Origin: Bigelowiella natans CCMP2755
Lineage: Eukaryota; Protista; Cercozoa
Reading direction: 5' to 3'
NCBI GenBank assembly: GCA_000320545.1
Contig: ADNK01000415.1
Coordinates: 1-64,000 of the forward strand
DNA length: 64,000 nucleotides
Position 1 is the stretch's first letter, and every line of letters starts with the position of its first letter. Positions 53,170 to 64,000 of this stretch are shown piece by piece. A program made the translations under genes and the position numbers. Below the pieces are notes generated by a model, which was given only the letters and a program-made list of their open reading frames with translations, did no database searches and was not told the origin of the DNA.

Positions 53170-54880
53170 ATGAGTGAAGACATGACGATTCGACACGATG
53201 CAGAAGGTGAGAAAACTTCGTCTTCGTCGGGCGTCTCAGCTCCTTGTTCTGATAAGACTGGAAAAGCTGAGAAAGGACTTTCGAACAGTGGGGGTGGGAT
53301 GGAAGATGGTGCTGAGGTTGATACGGATACTGATGAGTGCATCTTCTGCATGGATAGCATTTCAAAGGATGACCAGGGCGGAATTGAGTGCTGCGAGCAT
53401 ATATTTCATGCAGATTGTATTAAAAATTGGTCTAAATTTAATAACCAATGCCCATTATGCAGAAGAAGGTTCTACAAGATACGTCGTTGTATCGTCATGG
53501 GGAATCAGCTTAAATATATTGATATGCATGTCAAAGATGTGGATCAAAAGATAGAAGAGGATGGAGATGGCAGCCCTGATGATTTCCTCGGCGACTTAGA
53601 AAATTTCCTCGGTGAAGATGACAACTTTGTCGTACATGACGAATACGAACATGAATATTACAACGATGAGGAATATCAGGTTGCAGCTACGAAATAGTTC
53701 ACTTATGAATTAGCATGTTTGTGACAATGCGATCTTGACTGCATAGTGCGATGTTTACCGTTGAGATTGATGAATTATACTCACCACACAAAGGAGAGAG
53801 ATGACGGCTCTAAGGCATTACATATTGTAGGGTCATATAGAACAAGATCAAGGTGCAGAGCTGAGAAGAAGCAGTAGATCTGCAAGACCACCACAACCGC
53901 AACCGTTGTCGGTTCCGAGAAGCCTTCATCGTTTCACACGTTCGTATCTTGGTGTCTCATATCGTGAGATGTGTGAAAGTAGTGAAAGACGTCGCGCAGA
54001 GGTTGCATCGGCTAAAGAAGAGCAGCACAGGGAAACAAAATTCGCAGAGACACCTGTGCAGCCTCGGCAGAGCGAAAATGAAACGAGAAAGAAACGGCGC
54101 CAAAAAAAAAGGTTAGCTGCCCAACAAGCACAGCTGAGGGAGACAAAAATCATAAGGACATATGCACAGTCTCGACGGAGTAGAAATGAAACGATTTCAA
54201 GAAGTACAACACAGCGAAAATATAACCATCAGTCTCGTGACAAGAATGTGTCAGACGCGAGGAAAAGAGCTGCCGCCATTCTTCGGTTGGAGAGGAAGCG
54301 CAAATTGCGCATTTTTGCAAAGAAATTTTTCCGTGATGGGAAACAACATCAGCAACATCCATATGAAAGAAATCGGAAGCAGAGACAGCCCAAGCATAGA
54401 TTACAACAGAAAAGCAATCGACACCAGGGAAAGGGAAATGGTGTCTCACAAACACAATCAAGTTTGAATGGTTGCAAAGGAAAACTTAAGAGAAGAAAGA
54501 AGGCATTCTCATCGACACCGAACATCGTAGATTTGATTTTGAATGACATGGATGACAAACAGGACACCAGTTCATTTGATTCAAAACCATCATCATCCTC
54601 ATCATCATCAGCAGCAGTAGCAACGGCACAATCTTCTCATCAGACCCAACTCATACCACCACCTTCCCATTTGAATCGGACGAGTGCTGAAGACAACATG
54701 AAGCGGAATCAACGTAGAGTTCAGCAGCAAACAACGAATCGGAAGAGAGAGAGAATTCAGATCAATGGCGCAAGGAAGCAGGAAACAAAAACAACTAGTT
54801 CAGTCCGCAAGCGCAAGAGGATAAAAATTCCACGCCGAAAATTGTGCCAAAGGCTGATGCTACTTAGCAAAGCAATTTGA
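53170..54880 (+). CDS. RING-H2 finger protein with basic low-complexity C-terminus, at least 2 exons
   Basis: CIFC-x13-CEHIFHADC-x10-CPLC followed by RRRF; the IKNWSKFNNQCP signature recalls PHRF1/SCAF11-type RINGs. Donor near 53679; the second ORF 53906-54880 is Arg/Lys/Gln-rich. Confidence 0.75.
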
Positions 54881-55170
54881 TCGTAGCATGATAGGCTGCA
54901 CAATGTTTCTTCTTGTGAAGAAATCATGACGCCACAATGATGCATGTACACTAGTACACACGAGCGGAGCACAGCTGCCCCCGTCGCGCTCGCTTGCGCA
55001 ATCAGTTGTTTGTATTAGTTGTTGCGATCCTGGAGCGTGTGCGTGATCATTTGTGCGATTGTCGCACTTCATCTCATTGACGTTGGAAGAATTAGCAACT
55101 AGTCTAGTAGTGGCAATGGCAGAACCTGCACATCACTAGAAGACTGCCCCGTGCATTTGTCACAACAATG
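54881..55170. other. Short TpA-poor CTAG/TGCA zone between convergent RING and multi-TM gene ends
   Basis: tgcatgtacactag, actagtctagt and cacatcactaga words; many tgtg/caca/tgcg. Confidence 0.55.
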
Positions 55171-55191
55171 ACACTCATTGTATTTTTATCG

Positions 55192-56757
55192 CTACATGCC
55201 CTTTTGATTCTTGCACACGTAGTACAAAAAATACAAATTTCCAATCACAAGAAACCAAATTCCAAGGTCGCTTCCCGCCGAATAGTTTCGAGATTGAAAA
55301 TCTTGTTCTTCGCTTACAGAGGCATCCCGTTGAACGATTGTAAATGTGAAAGCAAGAATACTTAATCCTGTGATAGGTACAATTATGATCGCTGAGATTA
55401 ATAGACATGCAAGCCTTTTCTTGGCGTAAGTATATTGCTTCACGGTCAAAAGACGGCGCTTCTTCGCTTCTGAGACAATAGTCTGTAAAGGCTTCATCTT
55501 GACGCTTGTTGCTGTATGTGATTCTTCGACGCATTCTGATTGATGCTGACCTGAGGCAACAGAATGCACAGAAAAGTTCTTGTTGTTTGGTGGACCGGTT
55601 CCGTTTCTGGTGTAATCACTTTTGCTAGTTGGCGAATTTGCAACATATTCTTTATCATGTTTGCGGTCTGTGATAAAAAGCATATTATGTTAAACAATGG
55701 GATATTATTACAAGTCTCATTTTGTCAAAAAATAAGACAACACCCTTGTTTGAGTAATTTAGGGGTTGCTTGTCATTAGTAGTCTGAGAGGGATTTGAAT
55801 TCTCAAGAATCCCCTGCAAAACATAACTGCGAAGCCTCACCAAACAACATATGTAATAGAAACCACAAACAAGTATTGTCAATCCCGCGGTAACTTGTCT
55901 CAATGCCGCCCATCGATTGTCGTCGGTCACAATGGTTGCGATGAGAGAGGCCACAAACAACACTTCCGGAAATATGATCGCTGTATATTTTGAAAACATA
56001 TATTTAGAAAACGAGTTGCAGCACATGTAATGATATGTAACCGACCTGCTATTAAAGATGAAGTTGCCGACGATGGTATTCTTATAGTGATATTCACTAA
56101 TGAATATGCCGCTAGGCTCACAAGGTAGACCAAAATCTTACGTAAAATAAGATGAAGATTATACATGTGATAGGAAAGCTACAACGAAGTCGTGGACATG
56201 TTTACTATGTTTACCACAACGAGCCCGAGTAAATTTCCCTATGTAAATAAAGGATAGTGTGTCTGTTAATGCTGGTCGAGCGTGCGTTTATGCGTTTAGT
56301 GTTGACTTTACAACTGTATCAAAAACTCTATAATTGTTTCTCTACCACAGCTATGGTGTTGAGGGTGATGCTTGCTTCCCTATTCATTAAAAGAGGTTTG
56401 TCTTGTCAACTATGTCAACTTGTGCTACTTTCACATTTAGTGTAACTTATCGATTGAAATTAGTATCACCATCCATAATAGAATGGCTCGTGTAATCCGA
56501 AAATATACACCACTAGAAGCAAAGCTTGGAAAGTTGTCAACCTGTCCCATCAAAGATGCATCACATGTAATAACTGACATCCAGATCTAACATTGAATGG
56601 CCAAGCAATCCGTTAAAGGACTACAGGACTACAACCTTCTCATCGATGTGAGATGAACATTCACCGTCTTCGATTCGTAAAAAAACAACCACAAGAACTG
56701 TGCTACACATCCCGCAATCTTGAGGGAGTCGCTAACGACCCATACCAAATCGGTCAT
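55192..56757 (-). CDS. Multi-pass (7TM-like) membrane protein, multi-exon
   Basis: Several hydrophobic helices (YLVSLAAYSLVNITI, AIIFPEVLFVASLIATIV, VTAGLTILVCGFYYICCLV, LACLLISAIIIVPITGLSILAFTFTIV, LGIWFLVIGNLYFLYYVC) with a long polar loop before the last two. Putative ATG at 56757 (MTDLVWVVSDSLKI). Confidence 0.55.
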
Positions 56758-56816
56758 CTGGAGCTATGATTGATGATGGAAGTGAATGTTCATGCGCGCA
56801 CGTTTTGGATCAGGTC

Positions 56817-59800
56817 ATGAGTAGTGTCCCCCACATCCCACAAAACGGTTCTGTGCTCACTTTGTGTTCACACTGAGTTTCCATGTATTTTACCAAGTCG
56901 CAGAGGACGAATTCCATGCGTTCAAGGTTGTAAACACGTACACGTGGAAAACAAAAGTGCTAAAAATGGGATCTCTTGGTCGTTCAGTCTTTGCAGAGAT
57001 TGCTCATTTGTTTCAAAGCATGTTCGGACATTTGATTTGTTCCCTGCGACACGATGAGGATGTGCAAAGCGCAGATTGCATAAAAAGCAACGCGATTCGA
57101 ATCCTGCGACATGAGAGAGAAATGGTGAAGAACTTTCGAGCAAATTACGATGACCCGTGGCATTTTGTGTTGCAAAAAGCATGTCGTAAAACAAAATTCA
57201 CCTGTGTTGTCAAACATAATTTATACGAGCATTTCATTGCCCCCTCTGTCGGCATGATCAAACTCTTGACCCTAGTGGGCTTGGCCTTAGCAGATGATAT
57301 ATCAACCTCACTGTCACCATCCTCAGTATCTCGGGAGAGCAATATCTTGAGTTGGGAGCCAAAAGATATTCAGGCCTTCTTCCTGGAGGCTGGCAGGACT
57401 GAGGTAATATTTTTGATTCGCGAGGGGTGCAGCCACTTTCCTACAATTGATGTTTACTAATTTACGCATGTACAAATTCTAGTATCAGTCCGAATAGATA
57501 ATTAGTCTGTGCACTATTATTTTGATATTGCTTAGCATCCCATTGTTTTTAATAATGTGAGTTCAGGTGAACTTGTCTTTGATCGAGGACATGGGGCTAA
57601 CAGGGTCTGATTTCTTGAGGGGTGTCCTCGATGGGGATGTACTTGATGCCTTAGGAGTAAATTCAATACTATCAAAGAAACGAATCTTGAATGCGGTAGG
57701 TTTTAATAAAGGTATAGTAAATATCATATTTTTAAATCTGCGATGACAACAAAGGTGGATCATCTCCAGTTTGAGTCCCTTCCAGAGGATCTTTTCGAAC
57801 AGGGAAGTGCAAACCGCCTCTTGAAGACGGTGCTGTTAATAATATTAAGATAAAGATATCGAATAGCTATTGCTTATGGTATTTGATTCTGTACTGTATA
57901 CATGAAAACAGATACGACAGTTACAAGTTGAGCACTTCGGTTCTCCTCCAAAGGACATCCTTGAACGGCGTAGCGCAAACCGTCCAATATTTTATTGGCT
58001 GTCTTCAATGTATTCTACGTACCAAACTTACGCCTAAGGGGGAGAGAGAGAGAGATACAAACACTAAGATGGTATGGAGAAAGCCCCTCTGTATGAAACA
58101 TGAAACAGACTGATAGGAGAAAGGGGGATGATCTCAAAATAATTAGAGACACCGAAAAGAAGCTTCTTCTTAGGTACGAAAGTGCGCCACGCAGTACGCT
58201 AATATGGCTACGGTACTTCCGCGAGAACAAGGATAATGGGCTCGATATGCTAACCGAACAAATTCGGTCGTTAGATTCGACACACTTCTGGCTACAGACA
58301 TTCTTTATCCCCAACTATCCAGGTAATATGGCGAATCTTAAAGCTATGCTCTTCAGAATATAAATCTTTGTTGTGTACAGCATATGTGCTTTCAAAAACA
58401 CTGGATCTAGATTCCTGGGTCGATGAAATCATAGAGTAATAACAACAAGCTGTGCATCATTGATAAAAATATCGGCTTAATTTAATGAAACATATGTGCA
58501 TGTGCATGTTTGTTTTTTATCATCTAGGTATACAATTTTAGCAAAGATTTTCTTAAGTACGTGCTCCATTTTAATTTGCCTCCGAGAAATTTATAGAGGC
58601 AGGCGGACATTGAAGCAAATTCTAAAAAATAACCTCTTCGAGGATTTCAAAAGAGCTGTAGCATGCACATTATATTGGTAACTCTCACCAGTATTAGGAT
58701 CCATAATTTTGAAAAAATGTTAACATTGATGTCAACTGTATGATCAAATGCTGTGTGATGTCTAACATGTAAATGGTACACTTAGGATGGGATTCAACTA
58801 CACCTTGTACTACATCATCCCAAATTTCGTTCTGGATTTTCTCTTTTACTCGTGCGTCTACTTGTTGTATCCTCTCTCTATCATCGTCAATGTTTGTGTT
58901 GGCATTATTGCGATTTCTGAACTTGAGGTCGAGCAGACATTCATTCATTGGCTGGTAAGTTAGTAGTTCGGTAGACGCAGGGAGCACTGAAACTTTGTAG
59001 AAGTAGTTCTGATGATGCTTAATGCTGATGCTGTAGATAAGTGATAATAAGAATGAACCTGTTTGGTTGCGTGCCTTCCACTCTTTCCTATCCCTCTCAG
59101 CATCTCTCCGCTGTGATTACGCCTAAACATCCTATTTTCTCCATCTGTGACGAATTTAACCAATTAGCGAATCATGGTGGAAGATTATCTACTTGGTCCT
59201 GTTCTTCGAATTCGTCGGGACAACATCCTTGACTCGTCGGTGTTTGAGCTTCAGAGATTTTACAAGTTCAACAGGAACAAAAACCGGAGAAATTCCGTCC
59301 CAAAGATAAGATTCATGAAGGATAACAAGGTAAGTGGGTTGTAATTGGAGAGCATTTCATTCTGTAATTATCAACCAATTGCACTTCTTTTGTATCCCCA
59401 ATATCATCATCGGATTTATCATTGTCAGCCAGAAACTGGAATTGACTTAAATGGACTGTTTCGTGAGTGGTTAACGCTCGCGGCTGCAGAGTTCTTTGAT
59501 GAAAAACGGTTAATCAGCAGCTGAAGTAGTAGTATAGCGGTAGTTGTATCCCTTTCTGACTGTCAAATCAAATTTTCCCTCTATTCAATTCTCCCTCCCT
59601 TACAGAAACGGTCTGGTAACGAGCGTTAGGATTGAGGAGAAGGACAGTGATCTCGTCGAATCCTATGCGGGAAATAGCTGGGGCCTTCCCTCAGGTGCAA
59701 CCTACTTCCGGCTCAGTGAAACGCCCGATGCACTGTCTCCAGCCGGTCAGTGGCATATAGTTTGTTGTAATAGTCAGATACAAGCAGTTATGATAAATGT

Positions 59801-62316
59801 ATGCAGGATGAAAACGAAAATGAAATACATGATGATGATGACGATAATCATTGATTGTTCACACTTTACTTGTTTATATTCGACCTAGATTATTACATTA
59901 CTTTTCAAACCTGTTCATACACATGGTTCTCTTTTTATTTTCAATTTTATCATTCCGCGCATAGAGAGTAACGGAACGACTGCAGGATACAAGGAACGTT
60001 TACGTGCACTAGGGCAGCTGATCGGTCTTTCAGTAGCCACTAACTGTCCCCTTGGTGTAGACCTCTCCCCCTCCCTCTGCAAGGCGATATGTAATATTGC
60101 GCTTGCGGACGAAGACCTTCTGTTTCTCTCTCCAATGAAGTAAGCATAGAAAATAGGAGAAGGAACAAAATATAGTACGTTCAATGATACATGGAGATGA
60201 TTTAGTGTCAATAGCCACAGATATTCCCTTTTTGTAAGACTTCACACAAATTCATCTGGTAGGTATAAGTACTATCGAATGTGCACGGATAAATCACTTA
60301 GCTTAGCTGAGAAGAAAAAGCGCGTTCAGCTTTACTTCGATGACTGGGAGTTCTCCGCGATCAGCCGCCAGCAGCAAGCGTTTCAAGCTAAATTTCAGGC
60401 TAAAAAATTGCGAGAAGAAGAGCATCAGGTACATATATTAAGAGAAGCTGAGGACGGCAAGGACACCGAGGGGCACGAGGTTAAGGAAGTTAATAGAAGC
60501 CAAAAAAGAAAAGGGGGATGTGTAGACGATGACGACAATACTGCAATCAGCGATGGCTCTACTATAGACCAAGGTACAGCACGTTTCCAAATTTAAAGAA
60601 TGTAAAAAATTTTGACTTCATCGGTGGTAGGAATACAGCCGAGATTATGTCACAGGCAAAAATATCGATGTATTCTATGCCCGACTGCACCACACACACA
60701 TACAAGATACGCATAAATGGGTTTGTGTAGAATTCTGGCAGGATATTTTCGAGGATGAAGGTTTGAAAGAAGTAGGTCTTCGAGAACAGCAAGGTTATGG
60801 CATGTGCACATTTTTGTCTTAAGATCTATGTGCTTTACTTTATTTTAGTTTTTCTGTTTTTCTTTCGCATCATACTACAGCATCGAATGAGAGTAAGGTA
60901 GAGGGGAGGAGCAGCATAAGTATCGATGTTCCCGACACAAGTAACGAACTTCGTCCAAAGCTCATCAGGCGCGAATCATTGCTGTCACCTAGCACCAAAG
61001 GACAAAAAGTAACAGTGGAAAATCTGGAGAATTATGCAGCCTTGTGTGTAGAAAAGAGGTTGTTTGACAATGTGAAAGAAGCTCTTACGCTGGTGCGATT
61101 GGGTGTCGACGATGCTCTTGAAGGATGGTGGACAGATGGTCATCTTCTTCATTTTCAGAAAGAACAATCGCACCAAAATATTAATCTTAAGTGAGTATCA
61201 TCAACTTTTGGCCAGGGTCCACTGGAATGTCCGCGATTGCTTCACCATCCGAGGAGTCTCGGAAGGAGTTCAAGGGACAAAGTACATGCTTGTATTGTGA
61301 GTGTAGGAATCTTATCTTCGTGTACGACTCAATCTATTTTACACTGTTTATACACCGTTTGTAAAAGTCTGAAAAGGGTGGTTACTGCTTGTATGTGTTT
61401 ATCTACCTTTTAATCTTTGTCCACAATTCTTCTCCGTAAACCCAAATTTTGCACAAGCTGAATAGTTATTTATGTGTGGATGTTTTTGTGCGTATTTTGT
61501 TTCTCGTTAACCTACAGCAAGTCCAACAGCAAGTAAACATAGCGCAACTTCGAAAGAATATGATTGATATCAAAATTTACACAATTGACTGTACAAAAGC
61601 AACCGTACATGCGCGTTGGTGCAATTTTAGAACACCACCTTTCAATTTATCAACTATACTAGCATCCCAGTTGCGTCATCATTATTATTTATCAACAGCA
61701 GTTATTGTTTCAATAACATGCTATACAACTATCCTCAAATCATCATCCTCTTGTCTAATACTAGGGACCTTGATATCTGCGAAAATGATCCAGATAAAAA
61801 ACGCAGGCAAACCAGGCATCGACATGAGCGATTTCAAAGCACACACACATATAAAAGGTTATCAAATTCAGATTTGACTGAAAAGAAAGTGTTGCATCCG
61901 GGCCAATTAACACAGTCTCTGCTGTTGTGAAGTTGTAAATACTCCTGGCTATCTGTTTTGCCTACTTCCAGGCGATGTGCGAGTAGGTCAGCTTTTCTTT
62001 GAGGTAATGGAGGAAGATGAGGCTCTAAGGATGAAGTATTTCCGATGGCTTACCGGTTTCCCTCCATTGTTCACTTCTTATCCTCCCTCTCCCTGACTTC
62101 TCTCTCGTTCTTCCTTCAGGACTACGCAGGTTGCCTCCTGGGGGATTCAGGGACCTTCCCAATCAAGTCACATTGAACATAGGCAAAGATCCGTCTCGAC
62201 TCCCCGTTGCTCATGCATGCGTGTTCCAATGCGATCTACCGCCTTACACGACTAAGGAGGCCATGCACAAAGGTCTTTCATTGGCCGTAGAGAGCACAAC
62301 CTTTGCGTTGGCGTAG
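56817..62316 (+). CDS. HECT-type E3 ubiquitin ligase with an N-terminal SAM-like domain, many exons
   Basis: SAM-like ILSWEPKDIQAFF..|..GLTGSDFL...LDALGVNSILSKKRILNA. HECT motifs GIDLNGLFREWLTL, LRALGQLIGLSV..PLGVDLSPSLCKAI, KVTVENLENYA, IDMSDFKAHT, LPPGGFRDL, SRLPVAHACVFQCDLPPY, terminal FALA*. Confidence 0.85.
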
Positions 62317-62359
62317 TTTTTGTGCTCCATTTACACAGTGCACATCTACGATTGCGTAG

Positions 62360-63560
62360 TGTGAGAAGGAGACTTCTAGACTGCTAGACTGCTTGCGTCT
62401 CGTCTTGCACAGCATTTCATGATCATCATCACTGCTGTTCTTCTCACCTCAAGTGACGCTAGCTTGACTTCCATCAGTGATGTGCTTGTTTGCTGGACTC
62501 ACATGTCAACAATTGCATGCATGCATGTTTGCACTGGTTTCATTCTGAATGCTGCATGCGCTTTCTAGCTTTGAATGAGCTGCCTGCACTCTAGCACTGT
62601 CAATTTGAAGACTTTTCCGATGTTTCCTTTGCCAGCCTAAATGAGCATCAGTTTCCAACATCTTCATCCAGGGTGGCTAGCTAGCAGGCCCAGACTAGCA
62701 GAGCTAGCGCAGAGCTCTAGAGCTAGCAGAGGCGCACAACTTGACAATTTGATGGCACATGCACACATTCAATTCCATCCCTGGTTTTGCCAAGACTCAC
62801 ACCTCTAGACCTGGGAGCGTTGCAACACGTGCTCACACAGTTCACAAATCAAAATGCTCCCAATTTGAAAAAGACACACGCAAAACCAACTGGCCAAGCT
62901 GCACAACAAATTGTGCAGACGAGCTGTCCCTTCTTGTTTTCATGTCACTGTTGATCTGACTTGGTGGCTGTCAAGTCCACGAGGTCGAGGTGCGCTTGGG
63001 CGATTGATTGGTTGATTTGTGATTGTCACGCGGTGCTAGCGTGGTCACGTGCACCGTGACAGCCTGGTGTTTCCAACGTGCAAAGCTGGAAAGGGCACGC
63101 TTGTGCCACTCTGGCAGCTGTGGCACGCTTGTGGACGTGTCTCAGACAAAAAATGAAGAGTGAACGAACGACGTGTTTCCAATCCAGGCAATGCAGGAAT
63201 CGCAGAATTCCATCAACGACTTGGTGAATGACCGTGAACGGACGATCGAGTCAACGAAGTTTTCTTGTTTGTGCACACAAAAGTGCACTGGATCAATTCA
63301 ATTTGTCAATCCGCACCGTTCTCAATTTTTTTCGTTTGAATTTCAAAGCCGCGATTTGCCAATGAGGGACTTTGTTGGCTTCTTGATCTGCGCTTGCAGC
63401 TTGCGTCCCAAGCACTTTCATTCCGATCGCGCTTCTCCTTCCTAGCTTCCTCCAACGTTCCAGCGTTCCTCAAATTCAACAACTTTCAGTTCCATGCTTT
63501 TCAGCTCATTCTCTAGCCTAGCGATCCTGAAATCCGCCGGAAAATTGGAGCAACCCGAGA
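62360..63560. other. 1.2 kb tract with TpA almost only inside CTAG
   Basis: Manual scan: 16 CTAG and a single other TpA (gcctaa at about 62638). Confidence 0.85.
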
Positions 63561-64000
63561 GTAGGAAAGAAAACACTCGTGATTTTTCGTACGGCGTTGT
63601 TGTATGTAAGTAGCTAAATATCACATATATTAATATGTACATGGTGTTTTCCTTACATTTCCATGTTAAATTATAGATCTTTACAGCCTAGAATTTTGCC
63701 CAGAACGATCGCTTGCACGCACAACAACACAAGGACCAGACGCCATAGCAGTGAGAGAACGAAGTGAATCATCTTGAGACAGGTGTGATGGCTAATGAGG
63801 GGAGGAAGTGGGTAAAAAAAGGGTCCTGCAGCCGATAGGAGAATTGTTTTTTGGGGATCGAAGCAGTGGGTTCCAATAGTGAGCAAGTAGGCCGATTCAA
63901 TAATTCTTCCTGATTTCTTTTCTTCAGGTGCACAATGCCATTACGCATCATCCTAAGCTTCAAATGCCCCACAGACCAGAAATATGAGGCAAGCTTTGCC
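63170..64000 (-). CDS. 3' part of a hypothetical coiled-coil gene, possibly frameshifted or decayed; extends beyond the window
   Basis: Exon-like pieces MMRNGIVHLKKRNQEELLNRP and IARLENELKSMELKVVEFEER; a different frame continues LEEARKEKRDRNES. Confidence 0.3.

Noticed and set aside
62360-63560. Classical RIP or CpG-methylation decay as the cause of the composition
   Set aside because: RIP increases TpA and 5mC decay depletes CpG; here TpA is lost and CpG persists.
1-64000. Autonomous transposon, rRNA or tRNA genes
   Set aside because: No transposase, reverse transcriptase or integrase motifs, and no RNA gene recognisable by eye; a covariance-model scan would be needed to exclude small RNAs.
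1-64000. Nucleomorph or organellar origin of the sequence
   Set aside because: Moderate GC, introns far longer than the roughly 20-nt nucleomorph type, microsatellites, and signal-peptide-bearing plastid proteins indicate the host nucleus.

Overview
Eukaryotic nuclear DNA with short GT-AG introns, many of them filled with microsatellites. Two genes (plastid ribosomal protein S21 and FtsH) carry signal peptide plus transit-peptide leaders, which points to an alga with a secondary plastid, most plausibly a chlorarachniophyte (inference). Reading splice junctions by hand gives about 16 gene blocks: hypothetical (+), plastid rps21 (-), plastid FtsH (+), Pet127-like nuclease (-), Ser/Thr kinase (+), COG8 with an EF-hand-like C-terminal extension (-), hypothetical (+), PEHE-domain MSL1/KANSL1-like protein (-), class II DAHP synthase fused to an aldo-keto reductase (+), a cryptic many-exon GCS2 glutamate-cysteine ligase with a mitochondrial-type presequence (-), UPRT (+), hypothetical (-), RING-H2 protein (+), multi-TM protein (-), SAM-HECT E3 ligase (+), and a partial hypothetical (-). 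Two window-scale patterns stand out. First, the blocks strictly alternate strand. Second, the tail-to-tail intergenic zones are rich in CTAG/TGCA/CATG and depleted of TpA outside CTAG; at 62360-63560, 16 of 17 TpA lie in CTAG. This suggests a localized DNA-modification or hypermutation process at convergent terminators. Exon boundaries and counts are manual and need RNA-seq and computational confirmation.
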